From a virus, in the IMG/VR virus record IMGVR_UViG_3300032246_001368, positions 32,001 through 96,000 of that record: 64,000 nt of DNA; one strand, written 5' to 3'. Both the position numbers and the translations under genes were made by a program. Numbering within the stretch: the stretch's first letter is position 1; each line of letters starts with the position of its first letter. The notes under the pieces are model-generated. The model was not told the DNA's origin. It searched no databases and worked only from the letters and a program-made list of their open reading frames with translations. Shown one piece after another: positions 30,201-40,008 of the stretch.

Positions 30201-32387
30201 TCCTCTAGTATCAGTCCAGCTGTTTATCGCAAAGTCAGCTCCTAAACCATCCGGATCAGCAAAAAGATAATCAGCAACTCCATTATAATCTAAAAGATTC
30301 TCTCCAGCATGCCCTATAGGAGAATACTTTAAAGAACGGCATGTACATGTCTTCCAAGCATCTAAAGAATTAATGGGTGTAGGATTTAAATAATCTTGAT
30401 TACTGTAATAATCATGAGGAAGGTTTTTACCATATGCACAATCAGCACTATGCTCATAGTATTTTATAACTTCATCTGCATAGGTATCTTCGTCCATCCA
30501 TATAAAGGATATCTTATCAGACGGATCAACCTTTATAGATAAAGCACCTTGTATAGGTCCATCAATAAACTGAGCACATTTAATAGCCGGTGTGGAGTAG
30601 ACCGGAATACTATTCGTAAATAAATCTAAATTGGTAATTGAACCTGAACCAAGCCAAGCCGCTTCTACCGGTTCTGACGTACGATTATTAAGTCTGTATA
30701 TAACATCTGAGGAATTGAAGTCAGTTCCTGCTATGGCACCTGGTACGGTATTGGAAGGATTAGTATAAGATAAACCTAACGGCAAACATTGATCCTTTTT
30801 GATAGTAATGGGTATATTATTAACTTCATCAAATACTTCTATAGGCCAATATATTTGATTAGATCCTTGAGCCAAAGGCAAATCAGTTCTATCAAATTTG
30901 AAAGCATATGCTTGTTCGGTTTCACCTAAGAGCGAATCACTGTATATAGATAATACACTATTACTACTCAGTCTCTTAGTAAGAACATCAGCTTCATCAG
31001 AAAATTTAGCAGCGAATGCTCCAGAGTCTATTAAATTAGTTTGGTTAATATATAAAGGCTTACTAGCAGAAATGGGCAATGATTGTGTATAATACTGTTC
31101 TAGGATGAGTCTTTGTATGCTTCCATCCAACGTATTGAATAGAGGAATATAACTTTGATCAAAAGTATAACCACCCCAACTTAAATTTTTTGAATTTAAA
31201 TTAAAACCCACATAAGGAAAGATAAACTCTTTTATTAAACCAGGCTTGAATGATATAGAAACATTAGCACTTGTATTTAAAAGATAAGTTCCTTTTAACC
31301 AGGCTCCCTCTATCGTACCATTTTTCTCTGTAAAGATTAAATCCGAATTAGAATACTCAGTCCCTGCCGTAGCACTACATGCTACAAAATTAGAATCGTT
31401 TATATAAATTGGAGAGAATATATCATTGAATAAAGTAGTATCAAATACTCTATCTCCGCTCGGCCACAAGAACCAATTATTACCAGGTTCCATTCCTATG
31501 TTTAATACTTGATCTGGTACATTATATTCACTTAAACGTACAGCAGTTAATCCATAAACAGTCTCCCCAAGATATTTTTGGGCAGCGGCTGTTTTATTAT
31601 AAACATCTTGAAAAGCCGTTGAAGATAATGAAGCAGTTGAAAGGGTGGGTATAGATGTCAAATATTGTTTAAATATTTGTGATAAAGGAGTCTCTGCTAC
31701 CTTAGGTAAAAATCTAGTAGCAAGTATTGCATTGATTTCCTCTTCTGTTAAAGGGTCTCCCTCATCCACAAAAGGTATTTCATTTTCTACATCTGATAGA
31801 CTAACATATTCATTTATATTAACTGAAGGATCGGAATCGTGATAAGAAGAAGGATCATATAATTCCTCAACCTCTATGAAGAAATTATCCTTTACTGATG
31901 TCAAATCAGGGAATACACTTTGAACCACCAATGCAGGTACCTGTACCGTAGAATCTTCTTTCTTCGTAAATCCCTTTAATACATATTCATAAAGGAGTCT
32001 CTCAAGACCTTGACTCGAACCTACTAAATTATATTTAAGCTTGGCTCTCTTTACGGATTCTCTTTTGTTTGAAAGTGTCTTAGCTATTTCTTTTAATTTC
32101 TTAGCAAAGAAAGGTATTGCAAATACCAATTCTTCATCATTATTATAATCTATTTCATTAAGAAAACGATCCTTTTCGTTTTTACCAAATAGAAAGCTTA
32201 AATCTTTAACTAGTTGTATATAATCCTCTTTGGAAGATTTGACTTGTTGTTTAGCCTGTTTCTGATTATACCAAGAAGTTAAATATTCGGTATAAACTCT
32301 CTGAGCGGTACCAGGAATTAAGGTATCTTGATAACTTAACCACTCATTATAGGTTAAAGGTGAGACTGTAGACAGAGGAACTGACAT
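27219..32387 (-). CDS. Very large virion protein with a vWA (MIDAS) domain and Cys-rich C-terminus
   Basis: DVVLIIDISKSQ (DxSxS) and IVIFSDG motifs; CTAAATATTATTA late motif before the ATG. Confidence 0.7.
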   Translation of the reverse strand: MSVPLSTVSPLTYNEWLSYQDTLIPGTAQRVYTEYLTSWYNQKQAKQQVKSSKEDYIQLVKDLSFLFGKNEKDRFLNEIDYNNDEELVFAIPFFAKKLKEIAKTLSNKRESVKRAKLKYNLVGSSQGLERLLYEYVLKGFTKKEDSTVQVPALVVQSVFPDLTSVKDNFFIEVEELYDPSSYHDSDPSVNINEYVSLSDVENEIPFVDEGDPLTEEEINAILATRFLPKVAETPLSQIFKQYLTSIPTLSTASLSSTAFQDVYNKTAAAQKYLGETVYGLTAVRLSEYNVPDQVLNIGMEPGNNWFLWPSGDRVFDTTLFNDIFSPIYINDSNFVACSATAGTEYSNSDLIFTEKNGTIEGAWLKGTYLLNTSANVSISFKPGLIKEFIFPYVGFNLNSKNLSWGGYTFDQSYIPLFNTLDGSIQRLILEQYYTQSLPISASKPLYINQTNLIDSGAFAAKFSDEADVLTKRLSSNSVLSIYSDSLLGETEQAYAFKFDRTDLPLAQGSNQIYWPIEVFDEVNNIPITIKKDQCLPLGLSYTNPSNTVPGAIAGTDFNSSDVIYRLNNRTSEPVEAAWLGSGSITNLDLFTNSIPVYSTPAIKCAQFIDGPIQGALSIKVDPSDKISFIWMDEDTYADEVIKYYEHSADCAYGKNLPHDYYSNQDYLNPTPINSLDAWKTCTCRSLKYSPIGHAGENLLDYNGVADYLFADPDGLGADFAINSWTDTRGYTPFNSPQFAFYQLQTGGDGDKEIGWGPGKWKTGDGSRMVFKTGRRYTYYRSSLRKDVAKTTEIASPYIVVNYPYKRIKGNCNASGCMDVVLIIDISKSQSLDLQSVKNSLKNITDAILSTGGVSAQISIITFDNEASTITYLSNDPATIDLYISQIQIDSGYPNFRTNIENALILADSILYNQIPTSATVNNFNFFDLCKNLNTTIISQSKAVKILNNPQEGCNKKIVIFSDGAENENIGAALPRAKILTNKGVEINTVDIGLLSVNNTLMEEMASSPSTYFNLQRYLTSGDGDEPTFSQLISRRIAGCGNFAATWYKAVRGVNGDWVSTDDISDMNIYPGDYLIYVHRDGISYISPNNSSSFTQPAISFTANFKLDGWDYTSNTFITSAEGSSFGAKPFWGKVYNSPDTNNEFNKETSSFGGQVRFFDDYVPVHQPEISPLVLTNGDFIQYSRKDYKTLDWNQPVSLEVTLSSNRWKKMVFYKDYSNLADILRTGTLDLIGYGSDEDSDILLESFSQFRPSRYNYFARNAFNYQQNLYYVSRCPSTFVVFNTGAIISPSEPYANLDNKFYPTVATVSYPQLTVSERQLGEYMLPEKLGASSYRGRGYTIEVDGGTLESIDSLSAERIFFDTQKYGPRNRGLTKKDQITPVTITDIDNRWVMEPYSAGIKAGVIIGTQENQKFTPYQSRYEIMGKNIHGLFRQGEADNFQFWNPADPGVWNSPEKYPLTFRNELLSSSYLKRIEKLLINKGVLDHWSSDIFGNDYGLYKTNLYKLSGPCADSTLVSVSACQGLGDNPWYYINGGCVPSIPDGPGGAGDTSITGCAGCATPTSSDPSTVEYYGYASSPTWCECVGSGAICNSTLVTTTDGDKLGYYCILDNEPPAAVQYLIQNNGCIYPGTGCQPPYNFIASKVFINPFNRTSNVTIVGSADDDALLEYTGGNIWLRAGGETATCAAGPINYSITVGPKETFRITGYDIYGYCGGVELTVTFS

Positions 32388-32480
32388 TAATAATATTTAG
32401 AAACAAAGGTTCAATTATCGAGTATTAAATTGTAAACTATATTTTTACCCAAACCAGCGTTTGATTTTAATAGTATCTGA

Positions 32481-33002
32481 TTAGGATAAGGGCACTATAA
32501 AGGTATTTGTGGCGGGACAACCGTTATAAATTATATTGCCTTCACCGTTTGTAACTGTAACCCAAGGAACATTTGAATGACAAAGGTCATAAGCACACTC
32601 TAATTGTAAATTCAATACCCCGGTACTGTTGACTGTATCATAAAATTCTGAATTCTTGTCAATATTTAAAGATAACACTGTATTTCTGTCTCCACCATCA
32701 CTGTAATTATTCAAATCTACAAGGCCTATATTAATACCCTCCACCATTAGATAAAATTGAGCTTGATCACATTGGTGTCCGCCCGGACACGGGCCAACGG
32801 TATTACTATACTGTACATTTATTTCCATACCCCATAAATGATAAGGATCTGCTTTGCCGGTTTCTGAAAGAAAGGAATAATCAGTAGTTGATGTTGATAC
32901 ATTACACCCTATGGAACCTGTTACGGTTATAGGAAATACTCCGTTTATAGTACTAGTACCTGCTAGATAGGTGTTTAATTTGACGATATCAGATGAAGCC
33001 AT
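32481..33002 (-). CDS. Cys-containing hypothetical virion protein
   Basis: CPGGHQCDQA, CAYDLCH; co-oriented with the vWA gene. Confidence 0.55.
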   Translation of the reverse strand: MASSDIVKLNTYLAGTSTINGVFPITVTGSIGCNVSTSTTDYSFLSETGKADPYHLWGMEINVQYSNTVGPCPGGHQCDQAQFYLMVEGINIGLVDLNNYSDGGDRNTVLSLNIDKNSEFYDTVNSTGVLNLQLECAYDLCHSNVPWVTVTNGEGNIIYNGCPATNTFIVPLS

Positions 33003-33037
33003 TGTATTAAATAATTATGGTATAAGTATAAATAAGC

Positions 33038-33229
33038 ATGGATACATTTACAAGCAATCCTATATCTTCCTTTCAAACTGGATTTGAATCTAACGTAGTC
33101 AAGAGCATTGCCGGCAACGTAGCATTAAAAATACCTTTGCCTCATATACCAATGCATAAAAGAAAAATAAGAGACATAACAGATTCAATAGAAAGAATAG
33201 TAGATCTTTTAACTAAAATTAAAGATTGA
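33038..33229 (+). CDS. Small hypothetical protein
   Basis: 63 aa, preceded by TATAAATA. Confidence 0.4.
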   Translation: MDTFTSNPISSFQTGFESNVVKSIAGNVALKIPLPHIPMHKRKIRDITDSIERIVDLLTKIKD

Positions 33230-33259
33230 TTTTTTCCTACATCCCATTATTATTAAAGG

Positions 33260-34030
33260 ATGTCTAATAATAAGGTCAAGATAGAGTTCATAGCCAGTAA
33301 CCAAGAATTATTGGCTATAGCACCTAAACCTTACCCATCAGCTAATAAATTACCTTCATGGTATAAGAACACCTCTTCTTACGTAGGTGGTATACAATCC
33401 GTAGATCAATTCAATGATCCTTCATCAACTATAAAGAAGTGCATGCCGGTTTTTGATATCATGACAGCAGGGTATCATATTCCATTGCATTCAGATGTAT
33501 GGGTTGAGAATGCAGGGGACATGAACATTAGTTTTAGATGGTCTTGGGATACTATCGAAATTGTTAGTGTGCATCCCTCAGAACAACATTCAACCTATCC
33601 TATACCTCCAGGATATCACGACACGGCATTCAAATGGATCAGTCCTTGGATTATAAAGACTCCACCAGGTTGGTCTTGTATCTTTACACATCCTTATCAT
33701 TATGATGATCTTCCGTTCAGATCGTTTTCAGCTCTAGTAGATACTGACAAGCATCCAGCACCTACCCATTTTCCATTCCTCTTGAAGAAAGGTTTTAACG
33801 GTCTTATTCCTTTAGATACTCCTATGATTCAGGTCATTCCATTTAAGAGAGAGACATTTGCAGCAGAATATTCTTTCGATGATGGGTCTCATAATACTCT
33901 CTGGCAAAAAGCTCATACAGTATTTTTTGATAGATATAAGAAATTTTTTAGATCACCTAAGACATACGAAAACGTAAAACCAAAAGAATCTAAATGTCCT
34001 TTTGCTTTTATGCATAACCCTAATAAATAA
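33260..34030 (+). CDS. Conserved T4-like phage protein (dUTPase-like fold, function unknown)
   Basis: LPSWYK...TIKKCMPVFD...PWIIKTPPGWSCIF...TPMIQVIPFKRE pattern common in aquatic T4-like phages. Confidence 0.6.
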   Translation: MSNNKVKIEFIASNQELLAIAPKPYPSANKLPSWYKNTSSYVGGIQSVDQFNDPSSTIKKCMPVFDIMTAGYHIPLHSDVWVENAGDMNISFRWSWDTIEIVSVHPSEQHSTYPIPPGYHDTAFKWISPWIIKTPPGWSCIFTHPYHYDDLPFRSFSALVDTDKHPAPTHFPFLLKKGFNGLIPLDTPMIQVIPFKRETFAAEYSFDDGSHNTLWQKAHTVFFDRYKKFFRSPKTYENVKPKESKCPFAFMHNPNK

Positions 34031-34036
34031 ACTCAC

Positions 34037-34219
34037 ATGACACATCAAACCATAATAAACATTCCTTTAGGAATTTCATTCGCTCAAAGAGAAACCCATA
34101 TCAATAGAGAAATTGATAAGATCCAAAGAGAATTCGTAAGCAAAGGTTTGCGCGTATCTTCTTTTGAGGTGACTAATAAGTCTGATCAAAAGGCCACCGT
34201 ATTATTTCATTACAATTAA
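34037..34219 (+). CDS. Small hypothetical protein
   Basis: 60-aa ORF in the operon. Confidence 0.45.
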   Translation: MTHQTIINIPLGISFAQRETHINREIDKIQREFVSKGLRVSSFEVTNKSDQKATVLFHYN

Positions 34220-34259
34220 AAGGTTGACAAAACCTAAAAATTCATTATTATTGAAATTT

Positions 34260-34697
34260 ATGAATAAAATTAACATATCATCTATACTTGCAATTGCGGT
34301 CCTCTATATTTGCAAATATACACTTAGAGTATTTCCAGGATCATCTAGTCTTGTTAAACTCTCAGCATGGGCAAGACTTCATTATCATTTGAGTCAAGAT
34401 GAAGAAGCAGCAATCCAAGCTGATTATTATAATGATTCCGAAAGTGATGTTATTAATCTTTTCAGAGAGCTTAAATATCTAGCAGACGAAGGTCATTGCT
34501 TTCATGGTGATTATCTTCTCAAGAGAATAAATTTCTTGGCCAATGAAGGTTTAAATATCACAGACTCTGCAAGCTTTCAAGAATATCGTAAGCTTAACTT
34601 AGATGAGATTAATAAGATTATTCAGGCTTCTAAGCCAAAGATCAAGAGAGATAAGAAAGGTAAGTTCGTTCCTAAGAAGAAGAACCTAAAGAAGTAA
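34260..34697 (+). CDS. Hypothetical protein with basic C-terminal RDKKGKF motif
   Basis: TTGACA..TATTAT promoter at 34224 places the start at ATG 34260. Confidence 0.5.
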   Translation: MNKINISSILAIAVLYICKYTLRVFPGSSSLVKLSAWARLHYHLSQDEEAAIQADYYNDSESDVINLFRELKYLADEGHCFHGDYLLKRINFLANEGLNITDSASFQEYRKLNLDEINKIIQASKPKIKRDKKGKFVPKKKNLKK

Positions 34698-34712
34698 TTA
34701 ACTTAAGGATAG

Positions 34713-34982
34713 ATGGACCTTCTTTCATTATTCCTAGCAGATAACCAAGATAGCCACACTCTTAATGTTTATGAAGAGTGTGGCAAGTATCTGAGAACAA
34801 TAGATAAAGATCTCCTTTCAGATAGAATGCAAGCCTTATCTAAGGACAGGCAAGATTTATTAGATCTTACAGTCTTAATAAGAGATAGTAATAAAGAAGA
34901 AGCTTTGATCAGCTACAATAACCTAAGTGATGCTGCTAAGGGAAAGTTATTACCTTCTGTGACAGAATATATATTGGGTTAA
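34713..34982 (+). CDS. Hypothetical protein
   Basis: 89-aa ORF. Confidence 0.5.
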   Translation: MDLLSLFLADNQDSHTLNVYEECGKYLRTIDKDLLSDRMQALSKDRQDLLDLTVLIRDSNKEEALISYNNLSDAAKGKLLPSVTEYILG

Positions 34983-35062
34983 TATTTTCCTTGAGTTTTC
35001 CCAATAATGGGGATAATATTAAAAGTGAAAGATAACAACAACACAAACACCTAATAAATAAT

Positions 35063-35872
35063 ATGGACACATACACACTTAATCAAGCAATCCAGATGGC
35101 ACCAGCAATTGCCGCAACGGAACCCTCACCGATCGTTTCTGATCGATATAGCTTCATCAACACCGGAGAGTTCCTCGAGAAGGCAATTGATTCGGGTTGG
35201 ACCATCCGCGATGTTCGTCAGGGCAGGAACCGTTATGGAATGCATAAGGTTGACCTTATCCAGACTCAGTATGCAGATAGCAGCACGGTTGGAGAGGGTA
35301 TGCCTCAGATCAGTATTATCAATAGCCATGACCGTTCCAAACGGTTTCAGGTTATGATGGGCTTCTTCCGCTTGGTCTGTTCCAACGGTCTTGTGGTTGC
35401 CACAGGAGCTAATCTTAATATCCGAGCCATGCACCGCTTTGGTGATGATAAGCTCTCCACGCTCATGAGTACCATGGAGCAAGGTATTAAGCAGTTCAGC
35501 GTCATTGGTCAGAAGGTTGATCAATTCCGTGATCGTGTTCTTTCACAGGAAGAGAAGAATGCATTGGCTCGCTTTGCCCATTACATCCGCTTCCGTTATC
35601 GCCAGAACCTCCCATCATCCATTAAGCCAGACGCTCTTCTCGGAGTCCGCAGAGATGCAGATCAGGGAGACGATCTTTGGAAGGTCTACAACACCATCCA
35701 AGAGAACATGACCCATGGTGGTCATAACCTCGGAAAGGGTCTCACTCGTCTCGAAGATGACACGAGGTTCAATAGCGAGTTTTGGGTTGGAGCAGAGACC
35801 GCTCTCACCACTCGAGGAGCAGACTTTGAGAGGACCCTCAAGACTCTTTTCCCTAAGAAGGAGAGGGCATAA
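35063..35872 (+). CDS. DUF932/DUF945-family protein
   Basis: VSDRYSFINT, INSHDRS, GFFRLVCSNGLVV, DLWKVYNTIQEN motifs; GC-richer codons; promoter at 34991. Confidence 0.85.
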   Translation: MDTYTLNQAIQMAPAIAATEPSPIVSDRYSFINTGEFLEKAIDSGWTIRDVRQGRNRYGMHKVDLIQTQYADSSTVGEGMPQISIINSHDRSKRFQVMMGFFRLVCSNGLVVATGANLNIRAMHRFGDDKLSTLMSTMEQGIKQFSVIGQKVDQFRDRVLSQEEKNALARFAHYIRFRYRQNLPSSIKPDALLGVRRDADQGDDLWKVYNTIQENMTHGGHNLGKGLTRLEDDTRFNSEFWVGAETALTTRGADFERTLKTLFPKKERA

Positions 35873-35876
35873 TCAT

Positions 35877-36008
35877 ATGGCAGGCAAAGGACCAAGGCAA
35901 AGACCTACAGACATGAAAAAGTACAAAGAGAATTATCCTCTACCTTCAAATAAGAAGGTAGAGGGGTTTGTACGAGTAAAAGGAAAACAAACCAAAGTTT
36001 ACAAATGA
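35877..36008 (+). CDS. Small basic protein (MAGKGPRQRPTD...)
   Basis: ATG right after the DUF932 stop; GKG..RP.D..KY..NY pattern. Confidence 0.45.
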   Translation: MAGKGPRQRPTDMKKYKENYPLPSNKKVEGFVRVKGKQTKVYK

Positions 36009-36179
36009 GCGAAGATAAATGTGCAAGAGAAGCTAAAACAATTGCTAATCAGAGAGCAGTCATTCAAGGACAGAGAGAACGTATAGATGAATTGGAACAT
36101 GAGCTTAAAGAACTTAAAGAGCAAATTGTGAATAATGAAGGTTGAACTTTCCCATTAAACTCTCTATCATATATACATA

Positions 36180-36728
36180 ATGAAGAACACAATCAAATTA
36201 ATTGCAGTCGCCGCAGCAATGTCTTTCACCGGATGTGCCTATTACGGCCCACCTCCCATTGGTGGAGGTTGCGATAACCCCGGAGCATACGGTACAGGTG
36301 GTGTATATGGTGGAGGATATTATCCAGTATACGGGGGTTATGGTGGAGGATATGGTTGGGGGCAATGGGGTGGTTGGGGTGGCTGGGGATTAGGATATGG
36401 AGGTTACGGAGGTGGTGGCTATGCCAATAATAGTGGTAATACCACAGTTAACCGTACGGTTAATGTAAGCAATAGTGGTAACACAACAGCCACCTATACA
36501 GGAGGTAACCGCACTTATACCGGTGGTACCTATAACCGCAGCACTACAGGAGGTTCTTATAACCGTAGCTATAGTGGCGGTACCTATAACCGTAGCTACA
36601 GTGGTGGTTCTTATAATCGCAGCTACGGCGGCGGTTCATATAATAGAAGCTATAGCGGCGGAGGAGGAGGAGGTTATCGCGGTGGTGGTGGTTATCGCGG
36701 AGGCGGTGGTGGTGGATATCATCATTAA
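36180..36728 (+). CDS. Gly/Tyr-rich low-complexity lipoprotein
   Basis: Signal peptide with lipobox FTG-C; YNRSYSGG repeats; own promoter TTGAAC-N17-TATCAT. Confidence 0.7.
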   Translation: MKNTIKLIAVAAAMSFTGCAYYGPPPIGGGCDNPGAYGTGGVYGGGYYPVYGGYGGGYGWGQWGGWGGWGLGYGGYGGGGYANNSGNTTVNRTVNVSNSGNTTATYTGGNRTYTGGTYNRSTTGGSYNRSYSGGTYNRSYSGGSYNRSYGGGSYNRSYSGGGGGGYRGGGGYRGGGGGGYHH

Positions 36729-36963
36729 TATATGTTTCAAAAATTTAAACATATCTTTTGGATTACGTTATATTTTTTAAAACACTCACCAGAGATTATA
36801 TATCTTTTAATATATAGAGAATTGTTAATAATCCGTTTGTTTATATATAATATATTTAATTTATGAATGACTCTAAAGCTTTATTAATATTATTGATAGT
36901 TGTTTCAGCTGCTATTCTATATAAATTTTGTGAGTTGTTTTTACAATATCGATAAGTATTTTT

Positions 36964-37941
36964 GTGACTCGTAATTTCAATTTAAAAACACAAAGAATTC
37001 TTCTTGAGGTCAGCGCATTGCAATTGACGCCAGAAGAAAATGATCTAGTTAAAAATGCTCTAGAAGAATATAAAGAATTAAAAACTCTAATGGACGAAGT
37101 TGGAGTTACAGATCCTAATAAAATTACAAGAACCCAAGCACAAGAATTATCAGCTTATAAGATAGCAGGTAGATCAGTTGTCTTTAAAAGATTTTCAGTA
37201 GGTGGAGATACATTTTACGGTATCCAATTGAGTAGTATAAAACATCTTGATCGTAGTAAAAAGGAAGGTAGACAAAATACCAGCGCCCTTGTATACGTTA
37301 ATTTTGCACAACCTCTAGAAGATCTGTCAGCGGTGTTTTATGAGGTAGATAAACAATTCGGTGTAACACAACCTACTATAGTTATCAATGACATTTATGT
37401 TGGTGGTAAGTTAAAAGATCTTTATGCTTTAGTATCTCATGAGCTACTTCACGGAGTCCAAACATACAAGAAACATTCCCCGGGTTATGAACAAGCTATA
37501 GATGATATACGCAATAATTTAGAATGGGACAGAGTTGATTACTATACAGACCCAGGCGAGCTAGAAGTTCAAATAGGTGAAGTGGCTGGTAATATTAATC
37601 ATTATGTAGAAAATGAATATAGAAAGTATCAACAATTGAACAAGACAGAAGGATACCCAGAAAAGGGTTGGAAAGCAAAAAGAGATCTTATTCTTTTAGA
37701 ACTTAAGAATTTTCTTTCTTCGCCTCCAGAAAATTATTTTGAATATAAAGAATTAAAGATACCTCCTTATCTTAAAAGAAGTGATGAGTTCTTAGAGACC
37801 ATTGCCGGTCTTTATGGTGCTTCTAAAGAAACAGAGAAGGGATTCGAGAAAAAGAAATGGTCAGCGCCTTGGAAAAGATTACAAGCGGTTCTTTTTAATA
37901 CCTATAAAAATTTAGAAAAAAAGTACCCAGTTAGAGATTAG
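36964..37941 (+). CDS. Putative zincin-like metalloprotein (HExxH), possible internal head protein
   Basis: VSHELLHGVQ and downstream DPGELEV; TAAGTA late motif at 36953. Confidence 0.55.
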   Translation: MTRNFNLKTQRILLEVSALQLTPEENDLVKNALEEYKELKTLMDEVGVTDPNKITRTQAQELSAYKIAGRSVVFKRFSVGGDTFYGIQLSSIKHLDRSKKEGRQNTSALVYVNFAQPLEDLSAVFYEVDKQFGVTQPTIVINDIYVGGKLKDLYALVSHELLHGVQTYKKHSPGYEQAIDDIRNNLEWDRVDYYTDPGELEVQIGEVAGNINHYVENEYRKYQQLNKTEGYPEKGWKAKRDLILLELKNFLSSPPENYFEYKELKIPPYLKRSDEFLETIAGLYGASKETEKGFEKKKWSAPWKRLQAVLFNTYKNLEKKYPVRD

Positions 37942-37977
37942 ATTAATTAATAGCCTTAATATTTCCTAAGTATTTAG

Positions 37978-38385
37978 GTGAATAAACAACCCTCCGCGGA
38001 GTTCATCCAAGAAAAGGTATTAGCAAATTTCCAAGCTGAGGCCAAAAGATTTTATAGTAATTTAGAAGAAGAGTATCTTGAAGATCTACGTACCAAAATG
38101 AGAGATGGTACTATAGAGGTTGATGAAGATACCATTAAAGAGGTGGCCATAGAACAGGCTGCAAAGTATGAAGACTATATAAAGAAAAGTAAAAAGGTAG
38201 AAAACTTTGTTAAAAAATATGTCAATGATACCTTTGACCTGGTCTGTGATAGTTTAAGCGAAGGCATGATAGAACAAGAAGAAGCTGAAGTAGTATTCTC
38301 CACTCTCAAATATATACTAACAGCCGGGAAGATCTGCACTGATGAAAGTTCTCAATTAAAAAATAAAAAGTTGAATAAAAAATAA
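37978..38385 (+). CDS. Hypothetical acidic protein
   Basis: 135 aa; TAAGTA at 37967. Confidence 0.55.
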   Translation: MNKQPSAEFIQEKVLANFQAEAKRFYSNLEEEYLEDLRTKMRDGTIEVDEDTIKEVAIEQAAKYEDYIKKSKKVENFVKKYVNDTFDLVCDSLSEGMIEQEEAEVVFSTLKYILTAGKICTDESSQLKNKKLNKK

Positions 38386-38404
38386 ACCTCTTTATATTAT
38401 ATTA

Positions 38405-38602
38405 ATGAAGTATATCACTTACATAATATATTGTGTGTTAATGTATTCACTAACTTTCCTACCGTTCTTTTATGTAATTTTTTGGAAGGATGCAAGTCCT
38501 TGGTGGTTCATTCTTGCTGCTACAATGGCAAATTGTGTTATATCTCCTACTGGATGGGGATTAACAGAACAAACCAAATCTACGACAAATGGCTCAGAAT
38601 AG
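38405..38602 (+). CDS. Small membrane protein
   Basis: Two hydrophobic segments; own early promoter at 38371. Confidence 0.5.
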   Translation: MKYITYIIYCVLMYSLTFLPFFYVIFWKDASPWWFILAATMANCVISPTGWGLTEQTKSTTNGSE

Positions 38603-38771
38603 TTTTGGACCGTTTGGACAAGAGTCTACGTTCAGTAAAGAGGATCCTATAGAGCTTAATAGATGGTATCAAATGTATAGAAAAATGGTTTTGAAACTAC
38701 CAGAAGAACGTAAAATCAAACGTAAAAAAAGATCGGGCAATTCCAAATATTAAGCTTTAATATATTTGGAT

Positions 38772-39023
38772 ATGAATTGCAAATCCTGTTATAATCCAAT
38801 TGAAACGGAGCGTCTTATGATTCTCTCTAACACAGTACTTTGTTCGTCTTGTGCACGATTACATAATGTAAAGCCTCGTAAAGGTATTATGTGTTATGAT
38901 CATAAGACAGGAGCGGATATCCAAATCGTATCACATGATTATTTTGAAGCTAATAAGAATTACTTTATACCAATCGGAGCTAGGTCGGCTGTAAAGAATT
39001 TTAGTAAAAACGTTTGTGCTTAA
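38772..39023 (+). CDS. TraR/DksA-type C4 zinc-finger protein
   Basis: CKSCYNPIETERLMILSNTVLCSSCA matches CxxC...IxxxRL...CxxC. Confidence 0.7.
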   Translation: MNCKSCYNPIETERLMILSNTVLCSSCARLHNVKPRKGIMCYDHKTGADIQIVSHDYFEANKNYFIPIGARSAVKNFSKNVCA

Positions 39024-39374
39024 ATGAAACATCTAATAGCCATAATATTAATCGTACTAGTACCGTTTGTAATATTTCGATCTTTACAAAATAACAGTAT
39101 CAAATTTAGATACAATCCTACTTTATCTGAAGGGCATATTATTTCTCAAGAGAAGAATCTTATTAATAAGATTTTAAAACAAACCAAATAATGAAAATAG
39201 TTCTGCAACGCTGGTCTGGAAGTAATTGGTACGAAGTAATGCTTTCTCCTTTTAACAACCATTCAGAGGTTGAAAATTATTTAAAAAAATATTGGTGGCA
39301 TTTTAGCGCAGAATTTCCGTATAGAATCAAGTAAAAATACTTTTTAAGTACCCCAAGTGGTCCTAAGTATTAAT

Positions 39375-39614
39375 ATGGTTTCTATTGATCATCTGACTGA
39401 AAAATGGGTAGAATTCCACAAGAGCCCTGAAGAAGCACAGTCTGCCTTAGATAAACAGGTATCAAAACATAATAAACAATTTCGTATTGTAAAGGCATCA
39501 AAAGAGATCATGGAAAAAAGATCTTTTGATTCTAAAAAATTAGTTAATAAAGATACTAATGAATTAATTTTTCCTTATAAATTCACTATAGTTAAGGCGT
39601 TAAAGGATAAGTAA
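39375..39614 (+). CDS. Hypothetical protein
   Basis: TAAGTA at 39364 favours ATG 39375. Confidence 0.5.
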   Translation: MVSIDHLTEKWVEFHKSPEEAQSALDKQVSKHNKQFRIVKASKEIMEKRSFDSKKLVNKDTNELIFPYKFTIVKALKDK

Positions 39615-39619
39615 TAGAA

Positions 39620-40000
39620 ATGAACAAGAAAGACATTGATTTAATCTCCGAGGCTTACAACAAGGTAGGCAATATTAAAGAATCCTTTAACTATATGGAT
39701 TTAGCAAAAGAAATTCTCCACGCAGCTGAAGAACATATCAATGAAGGTGTAAGACATACCTTCTCAGAAATTTGGTCTGGAAGTAAAGATTATGATATGG
39801 TCTTAGAGCGTTATGTTGATGGCCTTCGTGATTTAGTAAACATTGCCGAAAACTTAAAGAGTGGTAAAATTGAAAAGGTAAAATCTCTTTATAAGGGTTT
39901 AGACCAGGTCATTAAAGATGAACTTCCTAAATCATTCTTGGTTCTTGTATCCCAAGCAGAAGACACATCAACTGAGGAAGAAGTAACACCAGCTGAATAA
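39620..40000 (+). CDS. Hypothetical protein, possible internal head protein
   Basis: MNKKDIDLISEAY N-terminus; TAAGTA at 39608. Confidence 0.55.
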   Translation: MNKKDIDLISEAYNKVGNIKESFNYMDLAKEILHAAEEHINEGVRHTFSEIWSGSKDYDMVLERYVDGLRDLVNIAENLKSGKIEKVKSLYKGLDQVIKDELPKSFLVLVSQAEDTSTEEEVTPAE

Positions 40001-40008
40001 TAATTTCT

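Noticed and set aside
33260-34030. Second active dUTPase or 2OG-Fe(II) oxygenase
   Set aside because: It lacks the five dUTPase catalytic motifs and a clear HxD...H...R set, so it is left as a conserved unknown.
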